Below, in pieces: positions 1-8,834 of a stretch of DNA of 61,376 bases. Below the pieces are notes generated by a model, which had not been told where the DNA came from, did not search any database, and saw only the letters and a program-made list of their open reading frames with translations. The translations under genes were made by a program, and so were the position numbers. Location of the stretch: positions 1 through 61,376 of IMG/VR virus record IMGVR_UViG_3300001847_000619, one strand, 5' to 3'. The stretch is from a virus (taxonomy: Duplodnaviria; Caudoviricetes). Numbering within the stretch: the stretch's first letter is position 1; each line of letters opens with the position of its first letter.

Positions 1-79
1 TATCTGGTGGTCATTATTATTTTAAACTACATAATGACATGGACTTAGATTGGTGGGTGGTAAAATCAAAAGATAAATC

Positions 80-325
80 ATGATAATAGAAACCCAAATA
101 GAACTTGTAAATACCAAGATGGAAGAAATCTTAGGTAAATCAGAAGCTTTAAGAGTAAATATGGCATTTGACTTAAATGATGTATCTGCTATAAGAGAAG
201 TTGCTGAAGATGATTGTACAGATATACAACCTGATAAATGTCATATATATTTAAAGAGTGGAGAGTATTTTATGATATTCACTCCATATGAAACTATTTT
301 GTCACACTTTAAACATAAGTCATGA
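80..325 (+). CDS. hypothetical phage protein
   Basis: 81-aa ORF, ATGA overlap with next gene. Confidence 0.7.
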   Translation: MIIETQIELVNTKMEEILGKSEALRVNMAFDLNDVSAIREVAEDDCTDIQPDKCHIYLKSGEYFMIFTPYETILSHFKHKS

Positions 326-1188
326 AAGGAATATTATTAAAAAGAAATAATAGTTGGTTTATAGAATATACTAGTATTAATGGTGCTCCAAATCTAATTG
401 AAATACATCCTGAGTATGAAAAATGTTATTTCTTAGATGAAGATGCTGATGGTGGTGAAGTGGAGTTTGAAATAGTAAACAAATTATGGGGAGTTAATGA
501 TGCTATTATTTCTTATGCTAAATTAGTTAAACCTACTGTACCAAAACTAGGTAATGAAGACGTGCCAAAATTAGGTTATGATGTTAAAGGTGGTGAATTA
601 GCTACCTTTAAAAATGATGATGTTAGGGAAGATGATGTAGAGAAGTTAGAAAATAGAAAAGACAAACTTGAAACATTAGCGAAACTATTAGCCAAGTGTT
701 GGTTTTATTGTGATTGGAGATGGGAAAATCCAAACGAAAGAGTAATGCAAATGCTTATGCAGGATTTAGGTCTATATCCATTTAAAGATGAAGATGAAAT
801 GATACAACAAACAAAAATAGATGAAGGATTGGATAAACAGTTATACAAAGAAGCAAGTATGAGAATCCCTACATATGGAAAACTATCTGAAGATATAGTA
901 GAAAGTAAAATAGAAGATGATGTAGAAGTACATCCACTTGAAATTTTAAGAAATAAGATAAAGAATGAGATAGGTAAGCCAATGATGTCATCATCTTATT
1001 ATGGTGGGTATAAACAAGGGCTAATTGAAGTTGAAAATATGGTTATGGATATGTTAGCACAATTTCCCCAACAAAAAGAAAACACCTATACAGAAGAACA
1101 AGTTATGGAAGCAATAGAAATGGCTAAAAAACAACTATTTATTTATACATCTGAAGAAATCATCATATCACTTAAACAACCTAAATAG
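322..1188 (+). CDS. mosaic hypothetical protein built from short modules (VPKLG x2, EDDVE x2, C-terminal YTEEQV...SLKQPK)
   Basis: 288-aa ORF with internal peptide and DNA repeats. Confidence 0.75.
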   Translation: MKGILLKRNNSWFIEYTSINGAPNLIEIHPEYEKCYFLDEDADGGEVEFEIVNKLWGVNDAIISYAKLVKPTVPKLGNEDVPKLGYDVKGGELATFKNDDVREDDVEKLENRKDKLETLAKLLAKCWFYCDWRWENPNERVMQMLMQDLGLYPFKDEDEMIQQTKIDEGLDKQLYKEASMRIPTYGKLSEDIVESKIEDDVEVHPLEILRNKIKNEIGKPMMSSSYYGGYKQGLIEVENMVMDMLAQFPQQKENTYTEEQVMEAIEMAKKQLFIYTSEEIIISLKQPK

Positions 1189-1285
1189 TTATGAAAATAA
1201 TTAAAGACTTTAAAGGACAACTTTGGTTATTTGATAGATATTGGAAATTTACTATAAAACTTCAATCACTTAAACAACCTAAATA
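1167..1285 (+). repeat. 21-bp direct repeat ATCACTTAAACAACCTAAATA at the 3' ends of two adjacent genes
   Basis: copies at 1167-1187 and 1265-1285. Confidence 0.9.
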
Positions 1286-1286
1286 A
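1191..1286 (+). CDS. 31-aa peptide MKIIKDFKGQLWLFDRYWKFTIKLQSLKQPK
   Basis: read manually; starts 2 nt after previous stop and shares its SLKQPK terminus. Confidence 0.6.
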   Translation: MKIIKDFKGQLWLFDRYWKFTIKLQSLKQPK

Positions 1287-1583
1287 TGCCAAAAGTGCAA
1301 AATAAAATAGGTTTTGGCGAAGTATAAACTAAAATAGTGTAAAATATCTGTCGCAAATATTGTAAACTTTTGAGAAAAATGGGTGCGATGCGTTAAAAGT
1401 GGGTGCAAATATTTGACAATTATTAAAAAAATTGGCTAAAATTAGGTTATTAGGATGTGTAAAAATTAGGTTAAGATAACTAGCCCTTGGTGCACAGGGA
1501 ACGAAATACATGAACAGCTCTCAGAATGGACTTCATGTCCTGCACAGCTTAAGAAATCATCCTAATCGTTGGTGGGCACAGTT

Positions 1584-1619
1584 TTGGTAGTTCTGGGGGT
1601 TATAAAAACTACCATTTTT
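1584..1619 (+). terminator. probable intrinsic terminator
   Basis: TGGTAGTT...AACTACCA stem followed by TTTTT. Confidence 0.6.
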
Positions 1620-1694
1620 AAACTTATCAATGTGTCATAAAAAGGACAAACTAATACTTGGTCAATTCCCATATAAGGGATAAATTTAACAAAA

Positions 1695-1988
1695 ATGGAA
1701 TATAAAAAATTTAAAGAAATCATTACTTCCCTTCAAGAATCAGACAAAAGAATAAACCAAGCAAATAAGTTAAAAATAGACCTAATAGACTTTGTAGATG
1801 AATATCATAGTATAATAACTAAACTATTTGAAGAAGTATATGGTAAAGAGGGATATGATTGGATAAGTTGGTTTTGTTATGAAAATAATTATGGTCAAGG
1901 GGAACTTAAAGGATGGGATAATAAAAAACCAATATGCTATGATATAAAAAGCCTTTGGGAATATGTAGAATCTAAAATTAAAAAATAA
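1695..1988 (+). CDS. hypothetical phage protein
   Basis: 97-aa ORF, A-rich leader, DWISWFCYE motif. Confidence 0.8.
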   Translation: MEYKKFKEIITSLQESDKRINQANKLKIDLIDFVDEYHSIITKLFEEVYGKEGYDWISWFCYENNYGQGELKGWDNKKPICYDIKSLWEYVESKIKK

Positions 1989-2248
1989 TGGCAAAAGCGA
2001 CACTTGAATTTGATTTAGACAATGAAGAAGACTCAATGTTATTTAGTAGAATGCATAAAGCTACAGATATGGCATCTGCATTATGGACTATACTTTATAA
2101 TACTAAAAAAGGTATTGTATGGGAAGTAGAAAAAAACGAAAAAGAATATAAAGAAAACCCATACGAATTAGTAGATAAAATATATGCTAAGCTATGGGAA
2201 ATAACTTCAGAAGAATATAATATTAATTTAGACAATTTAATAAACTAA
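1988..2248 (+). CDS. hypothetical phage protein (MAKATLEFDL start)
   Basis: 86-aa ORF coupled to upstream stop. Confidence 0.8.
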   Translation: MAKATLEFDLDNEEDSMLFSRMHKATDMASALWTILYNTKKGIVWEVEKNEKEYKENPYELVDKIYAKLWEITSEEYNINLDNLIN

Positions 2249-2249
2249 A

Positions 2250-2639
2250 ATGACACTAGCAGAAAACATCATTAGAGAATTTAACTATTCAGAAAAAAAA
2301 TCATTTAGCAAACAAGAGGTAGTTAGAATTATTAAGAATTGCACATCTTCCCATCACAGACCAGATTTAGAAAGCAATGGAGTATTAATAAGCCCAGAAA
2401 AAGATTTAATTTTTGTAAATGGAAAAGAAAAAAGAGTTCCTCAAAGAGTTTTTAATCTACTATATTATTTTATAGAAAACAAAAACAAAGTAGTAGAAAG
2501 GGGAAGTTTATTAAGAGATGTTTGGGGAACTGATATTGTTGTTTCTCATAGAACCATAGATGTTCATGTTTGTAAAATAAGAAACTTAGATATTCCCTTT
2601 ATAAAAACATTAAAACACGCATATATATGGCAGGAATAG
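2250..2639 (+). CDS. OmpR/PhoB-type winged-helix DNA-binding protein without receiver domain
   Basis: FNLLYYFIENKNKVVERGSLLRDVWG...RTIDVHVCKIR matches Trans_reg_C pattern. Confidence 0.85.
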   Translation: MTLAENIIREFNYSEKKSFSKQEVVRIIKNCTSSHHRPDLESNGVLISPEKDLIFVNGKEKRVPQRVFNLLYYFIENKNKVVERGSLLRDVWGTDIVVSHRTIDVHVCKIRNLDIPFIKTLKHAYIWQE

Positions 2640-2692
2640 TTGTCTTTTGTATCTTTACTGCTAGAATAAACCTTACATATAAACTATAAACA

Positions 2693-2800
2693 ATGATAAA
2701 ATTTACATCTATACTTATAGTAGCTGTTTTATTAAGTACTACTGCATATATTGTACTTAAAATAATTAGCTCTGATTACGATAGCGATAAAGAAAATTAA
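2693..2800 (+). CDS. 35-aa single-TM peptide
   Basis: manual translation MIKFTSILIVAVLLSTTAYIVLKIISS... Confidence 0.5.
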   Translation: MIKFTSILIVAVLLSTTAYIVLKIISSDYDSDKEN

Positions 2801-2803
2801 TAA

Positions 2804-2890
2804 ATGATAGCTAAGATTCTTATTTATTTTGCATTTTTATTTTGGTATGGTATTGGATATATATTTGGGAAGTACCGAGATAAAGATTAA
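2804..2890 (+). CDS. 28-aa single-TM peptide
   Basis: manual translation MIAKILIYFAFLFWYGIGYIFGKYRDKD. Confidence 0.5.
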   Translation: MIAKILIYFAFLFWYGIGYIFGKYRDKD

Positions 2891-2914
2891 ATTGTATTAT
2901 TAAATAAGAACGAA

Positions 2915-3109
2915 ATGAAAGGGAGCTTTTGTGAATATAATTTTCATGACTGGTCTTTAATTAAAAACATATATGTAAAGGATGGGGCTTTTGATGTTGG
3001 ATGCTTTAGATTGTGTTCAAGATGTAAAACCCTAGTTCAAATAAATGAAGAGGAGTTTGATTTAAACTCTGATACTTTTATAGAGGATGAGTATTTCTTT
3101 TATAACTAA
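2915..3109 (+). CDS. small Cys/His zinc-binding protein
   Basis: C-x4-H...CxxC pattern (FCEYNFHDW...CSRC). Confidence 0.65.
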   Translation: MKGSFCEYNFHDWSLIKNIYVKDGAFDVGCFRLCSRCKTLVQINEEEFDLNSDTFIEDEYFFYN

Positions 3110-3558
3110 TGGCAAATTATGATTTTAATAAGGATTTGATTATTGGAAACAAGGGGGAAGAAGTTGTATTAAATGACTTAATTTCCCTTGGAGCTATTGT
3201 ATTGATAAATAGAACAGATAATAGCGATTATGACTTTATGGTTTCCCAAAATGGGAATAATATAACTTATGAGTGTAAAACTGACTTCTTCCCAGACACA
3301 GGAAATATTTTCATAGAAACAAAATGCAGAGGTAAAGATTCAGGAATATATGTAACTAAAGCAGATTGGTTTGTTACCTATTTTACATCTACAAATGAAA
3401 TATGGTATATAAAAACTAAAGACCTAAAAGAACTTATAGAAAATGTTCCCCATAAAAAAACAAAAAACGCTGGAGATAAGGGAAGTGGAACTGAAGGATA
3501 TTTAGTAAGAAAGTCAAAGTTTAGAAATAATTTTATAATTAGAAAAGTATTACAATAA
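3109..3558 (+). CDS. PD-(D/E)XK restriction-endonuclease-like protein
   Basis: GE...YDF...YECKTD...GNIFIE catalytic pattern. Confidence 0.65.
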   Translation: MANYDFNKDLIIGNKGEEVVLNDLISLGAIVLINRTDNSDYDFMVSQNGNNITYECKTDFFPDTGNIFIETKCRGKDSGIYVTKADWFVTYFTSTNEIWYIKTKDLKELIENVPHKKTKNAGDKGSGTEGYLVRKSKFRNNFIIRKVLQ

Positions 3559-4128
3559 TTTAGATTCTACTATTTTAAGTTTTGCTCTATAATCTATAAG
3601 AAGTTGTTTTAGTTCTTCCCTGCTATATTTATATATTTCTCTGCTTTCTTCTCTTAATTGTTCGGGAAGTCCTGGGTGTTCTTCATTTAATCTTTTGGTA
3701 TACTCTTCCATATTGCCATGCATATTGCAATTACAATTAGGGCATTGTGGTTTCCCATTTCTAGAATCCCACCTAAGTAATGTATCTGAACGCTTAATAT
3801 AATGACCACATTGTAGGTACTTCCAATGGTCTTTCTTCCCACAAGTATAACATTCTGCAATCCCTTTATTATTAGATTCTCTTATTCTTATGTAACGGGA
3901 AAAAGTAAAATCTAAATCATTAATCAATGATTGCCTTTCAGATAATCCATCATCACAAATAAGCCTCCTTAGTTTTGTTTTTAAGTGTGCCTTTTCTGTA
4001 TATTGCTTTGCTTTTTGTTGATTTCTACATGGGATACAATATAAGTTTTTCCCGTTCTTAACAACATTAACATCTCTATCTCCACATTCACTACAATTTC
4101 CAAATTTACTTTTAGGTATCATATTCAT
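3550..4128 (-). CDS. ninG: NinG/Rap-family recombination nuclease with N-terminal zinc finger
   Basis: FSRYIRIRE, CYTCG, CGHY, LRWD..N...QCPNCN motifs. Confidence 0.85.
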   Translation of the reverse strand: MNMIPKSKFGNCSECGDRDVNVVKNGKNLYCIPCRNQQKAKQYTEKAHLKTKLRRLICDDGLSERQSLINDLDFTFSRYIRIRESNNKGIAECYTCGKKDHWKYLQCGHYIKRSDTLLRWDSRNGKPQCPNCNCNMHGNMEEYTKRLNEEHPGLPEQLREESREIYKYSREELKQLLIDYRAKLKIVESKLL

Positions 4129-4132
4129 AAGT

Positions 4133-4164
4133 CAAAAATAAAAAAACAAGAAGTTATTTCCAAA
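4133..4164 (-). promoter_or_regulatory. Bacteroidota sigma-A type promoter for ninG
   Basis: minus strand TTTG-N20-TATTTTTG. Confidence 0.6.
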
Positions 4165-4228
4165 AATATTTTAAATTTTTTTTGCAGAATGATAAATAGT
4201 TCTTTTATTTGTAAAAAAATATACAAAC

Positions 4229-4450
4229 ATGAATCATTTAGAAAACTTAAAGGAACGAAGAAAAGAATTAGCAAAGCAATTAAAAAAGGTAAAACTTCCC
4301 AACACTAAAGAATCAATTACTTGCTGGGAAGTAGGCTCTGTATTAGGATGTAGTGGTGTTACAATAAAAAATTACTTGTCAGGGAATGTAGCTGATGGAT
4401 ATCTAGGGGAAGCTATAGTAGAAGTTTTTAAAGAAAAAAAATTAATGTAA
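4229..4450 (+). CDS. Cro-like HTH protein
   Basis: TCWEVGSVLGCSGVTIKNYLSG HTH pattern; divergent from ninG. Confidence 0.65.
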   Translation: MNHLENLKERRKELAKQLKKVKLPNTKESITCWEVGSVLGCSGVTIKNYLSGNVADGYLGEAIVEVFKEKKLM

Positions 4451-4541
4451 AATGATAAACTGGAATCCTTCAGATGGAATAGAAGACCCATCAGAAATGG
4501 CAGAATGCGATAGTAGTATTACTGAATCACAATTTTAATTT

Positions 4542-4787
4542 ATGGTAGATGAATTTTATTTAATTGAAGATGTTTTAAATTCTAAAACAAAAGAGCCTTA
4601 TGCAGTCAAGGGGGAAAAAGTAAAATTCATAGCAGACCATGATAATTGTTATATAGTCGAATCTGAAAAAAATATTCGATTTGGTGTCGCTTTATCTTTA
4701 CTTTCAGAAGAAAAAATTGAAAAAGAAATAATTTTAAAAACACAAAACACTAAAAAAAATGACAAAAAAAGAACTACTAAAAGATAA
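4542..4787 (+). CDS. hypothetical protein (SH3-like beta pattern)
   Basis: 81-aa ORF. Confidence 0.6.
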   Translation: MVDEFYLIEDVLNSKTKEPYAVKGEKVKFIADHDNCYIVESEKNIRFGVALSLLSEEKIEKEIILKTQNTKKNDKKRTTKR

Positions 4788-4971
4788 GGTATTAGAACTA
4801 CATTATCAAGGGTTATCAAATAAAGAAATATGCAATAGGTTAGAAATGAGCTCTACAACTGTTTGTGTTTTAATAAAATATTACACAAAAGGCAATGATG
4901 TTAAAGAAGGATGTTTTAATGTAGATGAGCATGAATGTTGGATTTTCCCTGCTACAAAAGAAAAATTTTGA
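4759..4971 (+). CDS. HTH DNA-binding protein
   Basis: VLELHYQGLSNKEICNRLEMSSTTV. Confidence 0.75.
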   Translation: MTKKELLKDKVLELHYQGLSNKEICNRLEMSSTTVCVLIKYYTKGNDVKEGCFNVDEHECWIFPATKEKF

Positions 4972-4996
4972 TAATTGAAAAACTTAATTATCTTTG
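4967..4996 (+). promoter_or_regulatory. Bacteroidota-type promoter of replication operon
   Basis: TTTG(4967)-N18-TATCTTTG(4989). Confidence 0.7.
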
Positions 4997-4999
4997 TAG

Positions 5000-5135
5000 T
5001 GCTAAAGATTGTTAATTATGTATCAACTTAAAATTATTTTAAAAATATTGGGAAGTCCTTGTTGGGTTATCTTATCTGCTTTTCTATAAGCAAATTAATA
5101 ATCTTTAGCAACAACAAAGGCTTCCCTTAAATTTT
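5000..5135 (+). promoter_or_regulatory. structured leader / attenuator upstream of replication initiator
   Basis: 5000-5017 pairs with 5093-5110; 5050-5064 pairs with 5112-5126; U-rich tail. Confidence 0.6.
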
Positions 5136-5214
5136 ATTATGGGAAAAGAAATTAGAATTGAAGAATGCGGAGAATTAAAAAGTTTTATTAATAACGAGTT
5201 AAAAAATATCTAAA

Positions 5215-5997
5215 ATGGCATTTATAAAAATAGATAAAGAAATACTCAATAGTTATTGTTTTTCAAATCCTAATCATTTAAAAATATGGATATGGATGTT
5301 AGTAAAAGCGAACTATAAAAAATGTTTTATTCCAGTAAATTCTGGTAGAGGAACTACAACAATAGAGGTTGATAGGGGTCAATTTATTTTTGGAAGATTT
5401 AAGGCTGAAGAAGAGTTAAATTTGAATGGTTCTCTAATTTATAGAACTTTACAAAAATTTGAAGAATTAGGTCAAATAAATCTGCATTCGAACAACCAAT
5501 ATACCGTCATAACTATTTGTAAATATGACGATTATCAAAATAAAAATGATAGAAACGAACAGCAAACGAACAATGAAAGAACAATGAATGAACAATCATT
5601 GAACAATGAACGAACAATGAATGAACAATCATTGAACACATCTAAAGAAATTCTAGAAGATAAAGAATATAAAGAAAATAAAGAAGAGTATATAGGCAAA
5701 AACGCAAACTTTAATTCTAATTTAAACAGAAAACCAAATATTCCAACTAAAGAAGAAGTTTGGGAAGTTTTTCAAAGAAGTGGAGGAACAAAAGAAATGG
5801 CTAAATCATTTTTTGAAAAATACGAATCTGTAGGATGGGTTACGAATACGGGAGCAGTTACAAACTTTATTCCATTAGCCAATAGATTTATTTCTACTTG
5901 GAATACAATCGAAGAAAAATCAAAACAGAAAAACAATCCACAACAACAACCAGTAAAAATAAAACTCAAGTCCATAACTTCCCCTAATCATGATTAA
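5215..5997 (+). CDS. phage replication initiator (lambda O / DnaD-like organiser)
   Basis: N-terminal wHTH (AFIKI...RGQFIFG...TVITICKYDDYQ), repeat linker, C-terminal FFEKYESVGW domain, upstream of DnaB. Confidence 0.8.
   Translation: MAFIKIDKEILNSYCFSNPNHLKIWIWMLVKANYKKCFIPVNSGRGTTTIEVDRGQFIFGRFKAEEELNLNGSLIYRTLQKFEELGQINLHSNNQYTVITICKYDDYQNKNDRNEQQTNNERTMNEQSLNNERTMNEQSLNTSKEILEDKEYKENKEEYIGKNANFNSNLNRKPNIPTKEEVWEVFQRSGGTKEMAKSFFEKYESVGWVTNTGAVTNFIPLANRFISTWNTIEEKSKQKNNPQQQPVKIKLKSITSPNHD
5557..5641 (+). repeat. iteron array (probable origin): 8 copies of an 11-bp GAACAATnnnn-type unit
   Basis: GAAC at 5557, 5568, 5579, 5590, 5601, 5612, 5623, 5634; A-rich tract follows. Confidence 0.8.
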
Positions 5998-7396
5998 AGA
6001 CAAAATACCACCTCAATCAGCAGAAATTGAAGAAGCAATCATTGGAGCTCTTTTGTTAAATTCTGACTCTTTAAACCTCGCAATGTCAAAATTATTCGAG
6101 GATATGTTTTACAGAATCGATTATAAGGCTATTTTTAAGGCAATAGAGACACTTTATGACACCAACCAAGGGATTGACCTTATAACAGTAATTGAGGAGC
6201 TTAAAAGGCAAAATAAACTTGAAGAGGCAGGGGGAAGTTATGGGGTAGTAAAAACCACAAATTCTGTAGTTAGTTCTGCAAACATCGAAAGTCACATTTT
6301 AATTTTATCAGAATTGTACTTAAAAAGACAGATGATAAAAATTTGCCATGAAGGTTTTTCTAAGTCTTTTGATGACGAAACTGATGTTTTTGATTTGATA
6401 AGCAATACTGATGATAAAATTCAGAAAGCTCAAGAAAGAGTTATTGCTGGATTGTCAAAAAATATTGAGTATTTTGGGATGAAGGTTTTAGAACAGCATG
6501 CAACTGTTAAAGAAACTGGAGTGTTAGGTATTAAGACGGGAATTGATGAGTTAGATAAGGCTACTAATGGTTTAGTATCTCCAGATTTGATGATTATTGC
6601 TGCTAGACCAGGTGCTGGAAAAACCAGTTGTGCGTTATCATTAACTTATAATACTTCTGTTCTTGGAGATATTCCTTGTGCTTGGTTTAGTTTAGAGATG
6701 GATGGTGTTCAGCTTGTAAGAAGATTAGTTTCTATGGATACAGGTATTCCTCATGAAAGAATAAGGAACGGGAAGACCTCAAATGAAGAGGATAAAATGA
6801 TAGGTCAATCTATTGATAAAATTAGTTCTTCAAAGATATTTATCGAGGATAAAACTAGTATGAATATTAGAGATATAAGGACTAGGGCTTCCCTCTTGAA
6901 AAAGAAAAATAACATAGGATATATCATAGTAGATTATATTCAGTTAATGAGTGGTGTTGATGCCAAGGGGAAAAACAGAGAACAAATAGTTTCAGATATA
7001 AGCAGAGGATTAAAATGTATAGCAAAAGAACTTGAAATACCAGTTATAGCATTAAGTCAATTAAGTAGAGCAGTAGAATCAAGACCTGATAAAATGCCAC
7101 AACTAAGCGACCTAAGAGAATCTGGAGCTATAGAACAAGATGCAGATAGTGTTTTATTTTTAATGCGACCAGAATATTACAACATGACAGACCCTATTGA
7201 AATAGGAGATGTACAATTTCCTGTTCAGAAATTAGCAATTTGCTCTATAGCAAAGAATAGACATGGCTCAACAAGAAATATAGCTATGGAATTTACAGGG
7301 AATACAATGCATTTTAAAAACCATCATCTTTTAGAAAAAACATCACTTATAAATCAACCTTCTAGCAATTGGAAACCATTAAATTCTGAAATATAA
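5990..7396 (+). CDS. dnaB: replicative DNA helicase DnaB
   Basis: PPQS.EIE, AARPGAGKT Walker A, VDYIQL, LSQLSR, DLRESGAIEQDAD, AKNRHG. Confidence 0.97.
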   Translation: MIKDKIPPQSAEIEEAIIGALLLNSDSLNLAMSKLFEDMFYRIDYKAIFKAIETLYDTNQGIDLITVIEELKRQNKLEEAGGSYGVVKTTNSVVSSANIESHILILSELYLKRQMIKICHEGFSKSFDDETDVFDLISNTDDKIQKAQERVIAGLSKNIEYFGMKVLEQHATVKETGVLGIKTGIDELDKATNGLVSPDLMIIAARPGAGKTSCALSLTYNTSVLGDIPCAWFSLEMDGVQLVRRLVSMDTGIPHERIRNGKTSNEEDKMIGQSIDKISSSKIFIEDKTSMNIRDIRTRASLLKKKNNIGYIIVDYIQLMSGVDAKGKNREQIVSDISRGLKCIAKELEIPVIALSQLSRAVESRPDKMPQLSDLRESGAIEQDADSVLFLMRPEYYNMTDPIEIGDVQFPVQKLAICSIAKNRHGSTRNIAMEFTGNTMHFKNHHLLEKTSLINQPSSNWKPLNSEI

Positions 7397-7399
7397 ACA

Positions 7400-7768
7400 A
7401 TGAAAAACAAAACACAAAAAACAGAAAAGTTTACAGACAACACATTTAGCTTAGCTAAGGCATTACATCACGTATCAATAGCTCAACAATATTTTGAAGA
7501 TGTAAGACTTGGGTCTTCCCTTGATGTAAAAATGATTTTCAATCAATACATTCAAAAATGCCAATGGATTATATCTAATCTTAAAGATAGACTTAGTAAA
7601 GAAAATAGAGAAATACTTGCAAAAGAATTAGAAGATTCTTTATCTATAGATGCAATATCTGACAAAGTTGTTTTATTAGATAACAAAAAAAGAGCTTTTA
7701 TAGAAGATTTACTTGATTCTATGATACGAGGGGAGGAGGTAATAATGATTAAAGATGAAAAAAAATAA
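7400..7768 (+). CDS. hypothetical protein
   Basis: 122-aa ORF in operon. Confidence 0.75.
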   Translation: MKNKTQKTEKFTDNTFSLAKALHHVSIAQQYFEDVRLGSSLDVKMIFNQYIQKCQWIISNLKDRLSKENREILAKELEDSLSIDAISDKVVLLDNKKRAFIEDLLDSMIRGEEVIMIKDEKK

Positions 7769-7770
7769 TT

Positions 7771-8832
7771 ATGAAATTTAATTATAAATGGAATTTAAAA
7801 GACATTGTATTTACTAAAGATAAAGGTAAAGTGTTTAGTTGTTTTGCTTGTGGCGGAGGTAGTTCTATGGGATATAAGCTTGCAGGATTTGATGTAATAG
7901 GTTGCAATGAAATTGACCCAAAAATGATGGAATGTTATATTACTAATCATAATCCTAAATACTCTTATTTAGAGCCAATACAGTCATTTAAGTTAAGGGA
8001 AGATTTGCCAAAAGAATTATATGAATTAGATATACTTGATGGAAGTCCACCTTGTAGTAGTTTTTCAATGGCAGGAAATAGAGAAAAAGATTGGGGAAAA
8101 GAAAAAAAGTTTAGAGAAGGACAAGCAGAACAAGTTTTAGATACATTGTTTTTTGATTTTATAGATTTAGCAAAAAAACTTCAACCAAAAGTAGTAGTTG
8201 CTGAAAACGTAAAAGGAATATTATTAGGAGATGCTAAAAACTATGTTATTGAGATTTACAAACAATTAGATGAAGCTGGTTATTATGTTCAGCATTTTTT
8301 ACTTGATGCTTCTAAAATGGGAGTGCCACAACGTAGAGAAAGAGTTTTTTTTATTGGGTTAAGAAAAGATTTAGCAAATCCATTTTTATTTCAAAAAGAT
8401 ATGTTTACTCAATCAGTTAAACTTGAATTGAATTTTAATGAAAAAGAAATATTTTTTGGAGAGTTTAAAGATGAAAATGGTCGTGAACTTTCTAATAATA
8501 TGAAAAAGATATGGAATGGTAAAAAAGATGGAGATACATCAATGGAACAATCTTGTTTTAGATTAGAAGGTAGACGTAGTTTTTTTTCTCAAAGCTATTT
8601 ATATAAAAATAAAGTTTGCCCTACAATAACAAGTCATGAAGATAGTCTCGTTTTATTTGATGCTCCAAAATATACAAGCAAAGATGAAGTTTGTAAAATT
8701 GGCTCATTCCCCTTGGATTATAACTTTGTAAAATCAAAACCACATTATTTAATAGGAATGAGTGTGCCACCATTAATGGTTGCTCAAATAGCATCTAATA
8801 TTTATCAACAATGGTTATCTAAAATAAAGTAA
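7771..8832 (+). CDS. DNA (cytosine-5) methyltransferase, orphan
   Basis: FACGGG motif I, GSPPC motif IV, ENV motif VI, PQRRER motif VIII, IGMSV motif X. Confidence 0.93.
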   Translation: MKFNYKWNLKDIVFTKDKGKVFSCFACGGGSSMGYKLAGFDVIGCNEIDPKMMECYITNHNPKYSYLEPIQSFKLREDLPKELYELDILDGSPPCSSFSMAGNREKDWGKEKKFREGQAEQVLDTLFFDFIDLAKKLQPKVVVAENVKGILLGDAKNYVIEIYKQLDEAGYYVQHFLLDASKMGVPQRRERVFFIGLRKDLANPFLFQKDMFTQSVKLELNFNEKEIFFGEFKDENGRELSNNMKKIWNGKKDGDTSMEQSCFRLEGRRSFFSQSYLYKNKVCPTITSHEDSLVLFDAPKYTSKDEVCKIGSFPLDYNFVKSKPHYLIGMSVPPLMVAQIASNIYQQWLSKIK

Positions 8833-8834
8833 AA

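Noticed and set aside
3109-8832. Type II restriction-modification pair (nuclease 3109 plus methyltransferase 7771)
   Set aside because: Genes are over 4 kb apart in different contexts; both types commonly occur alone in phages.
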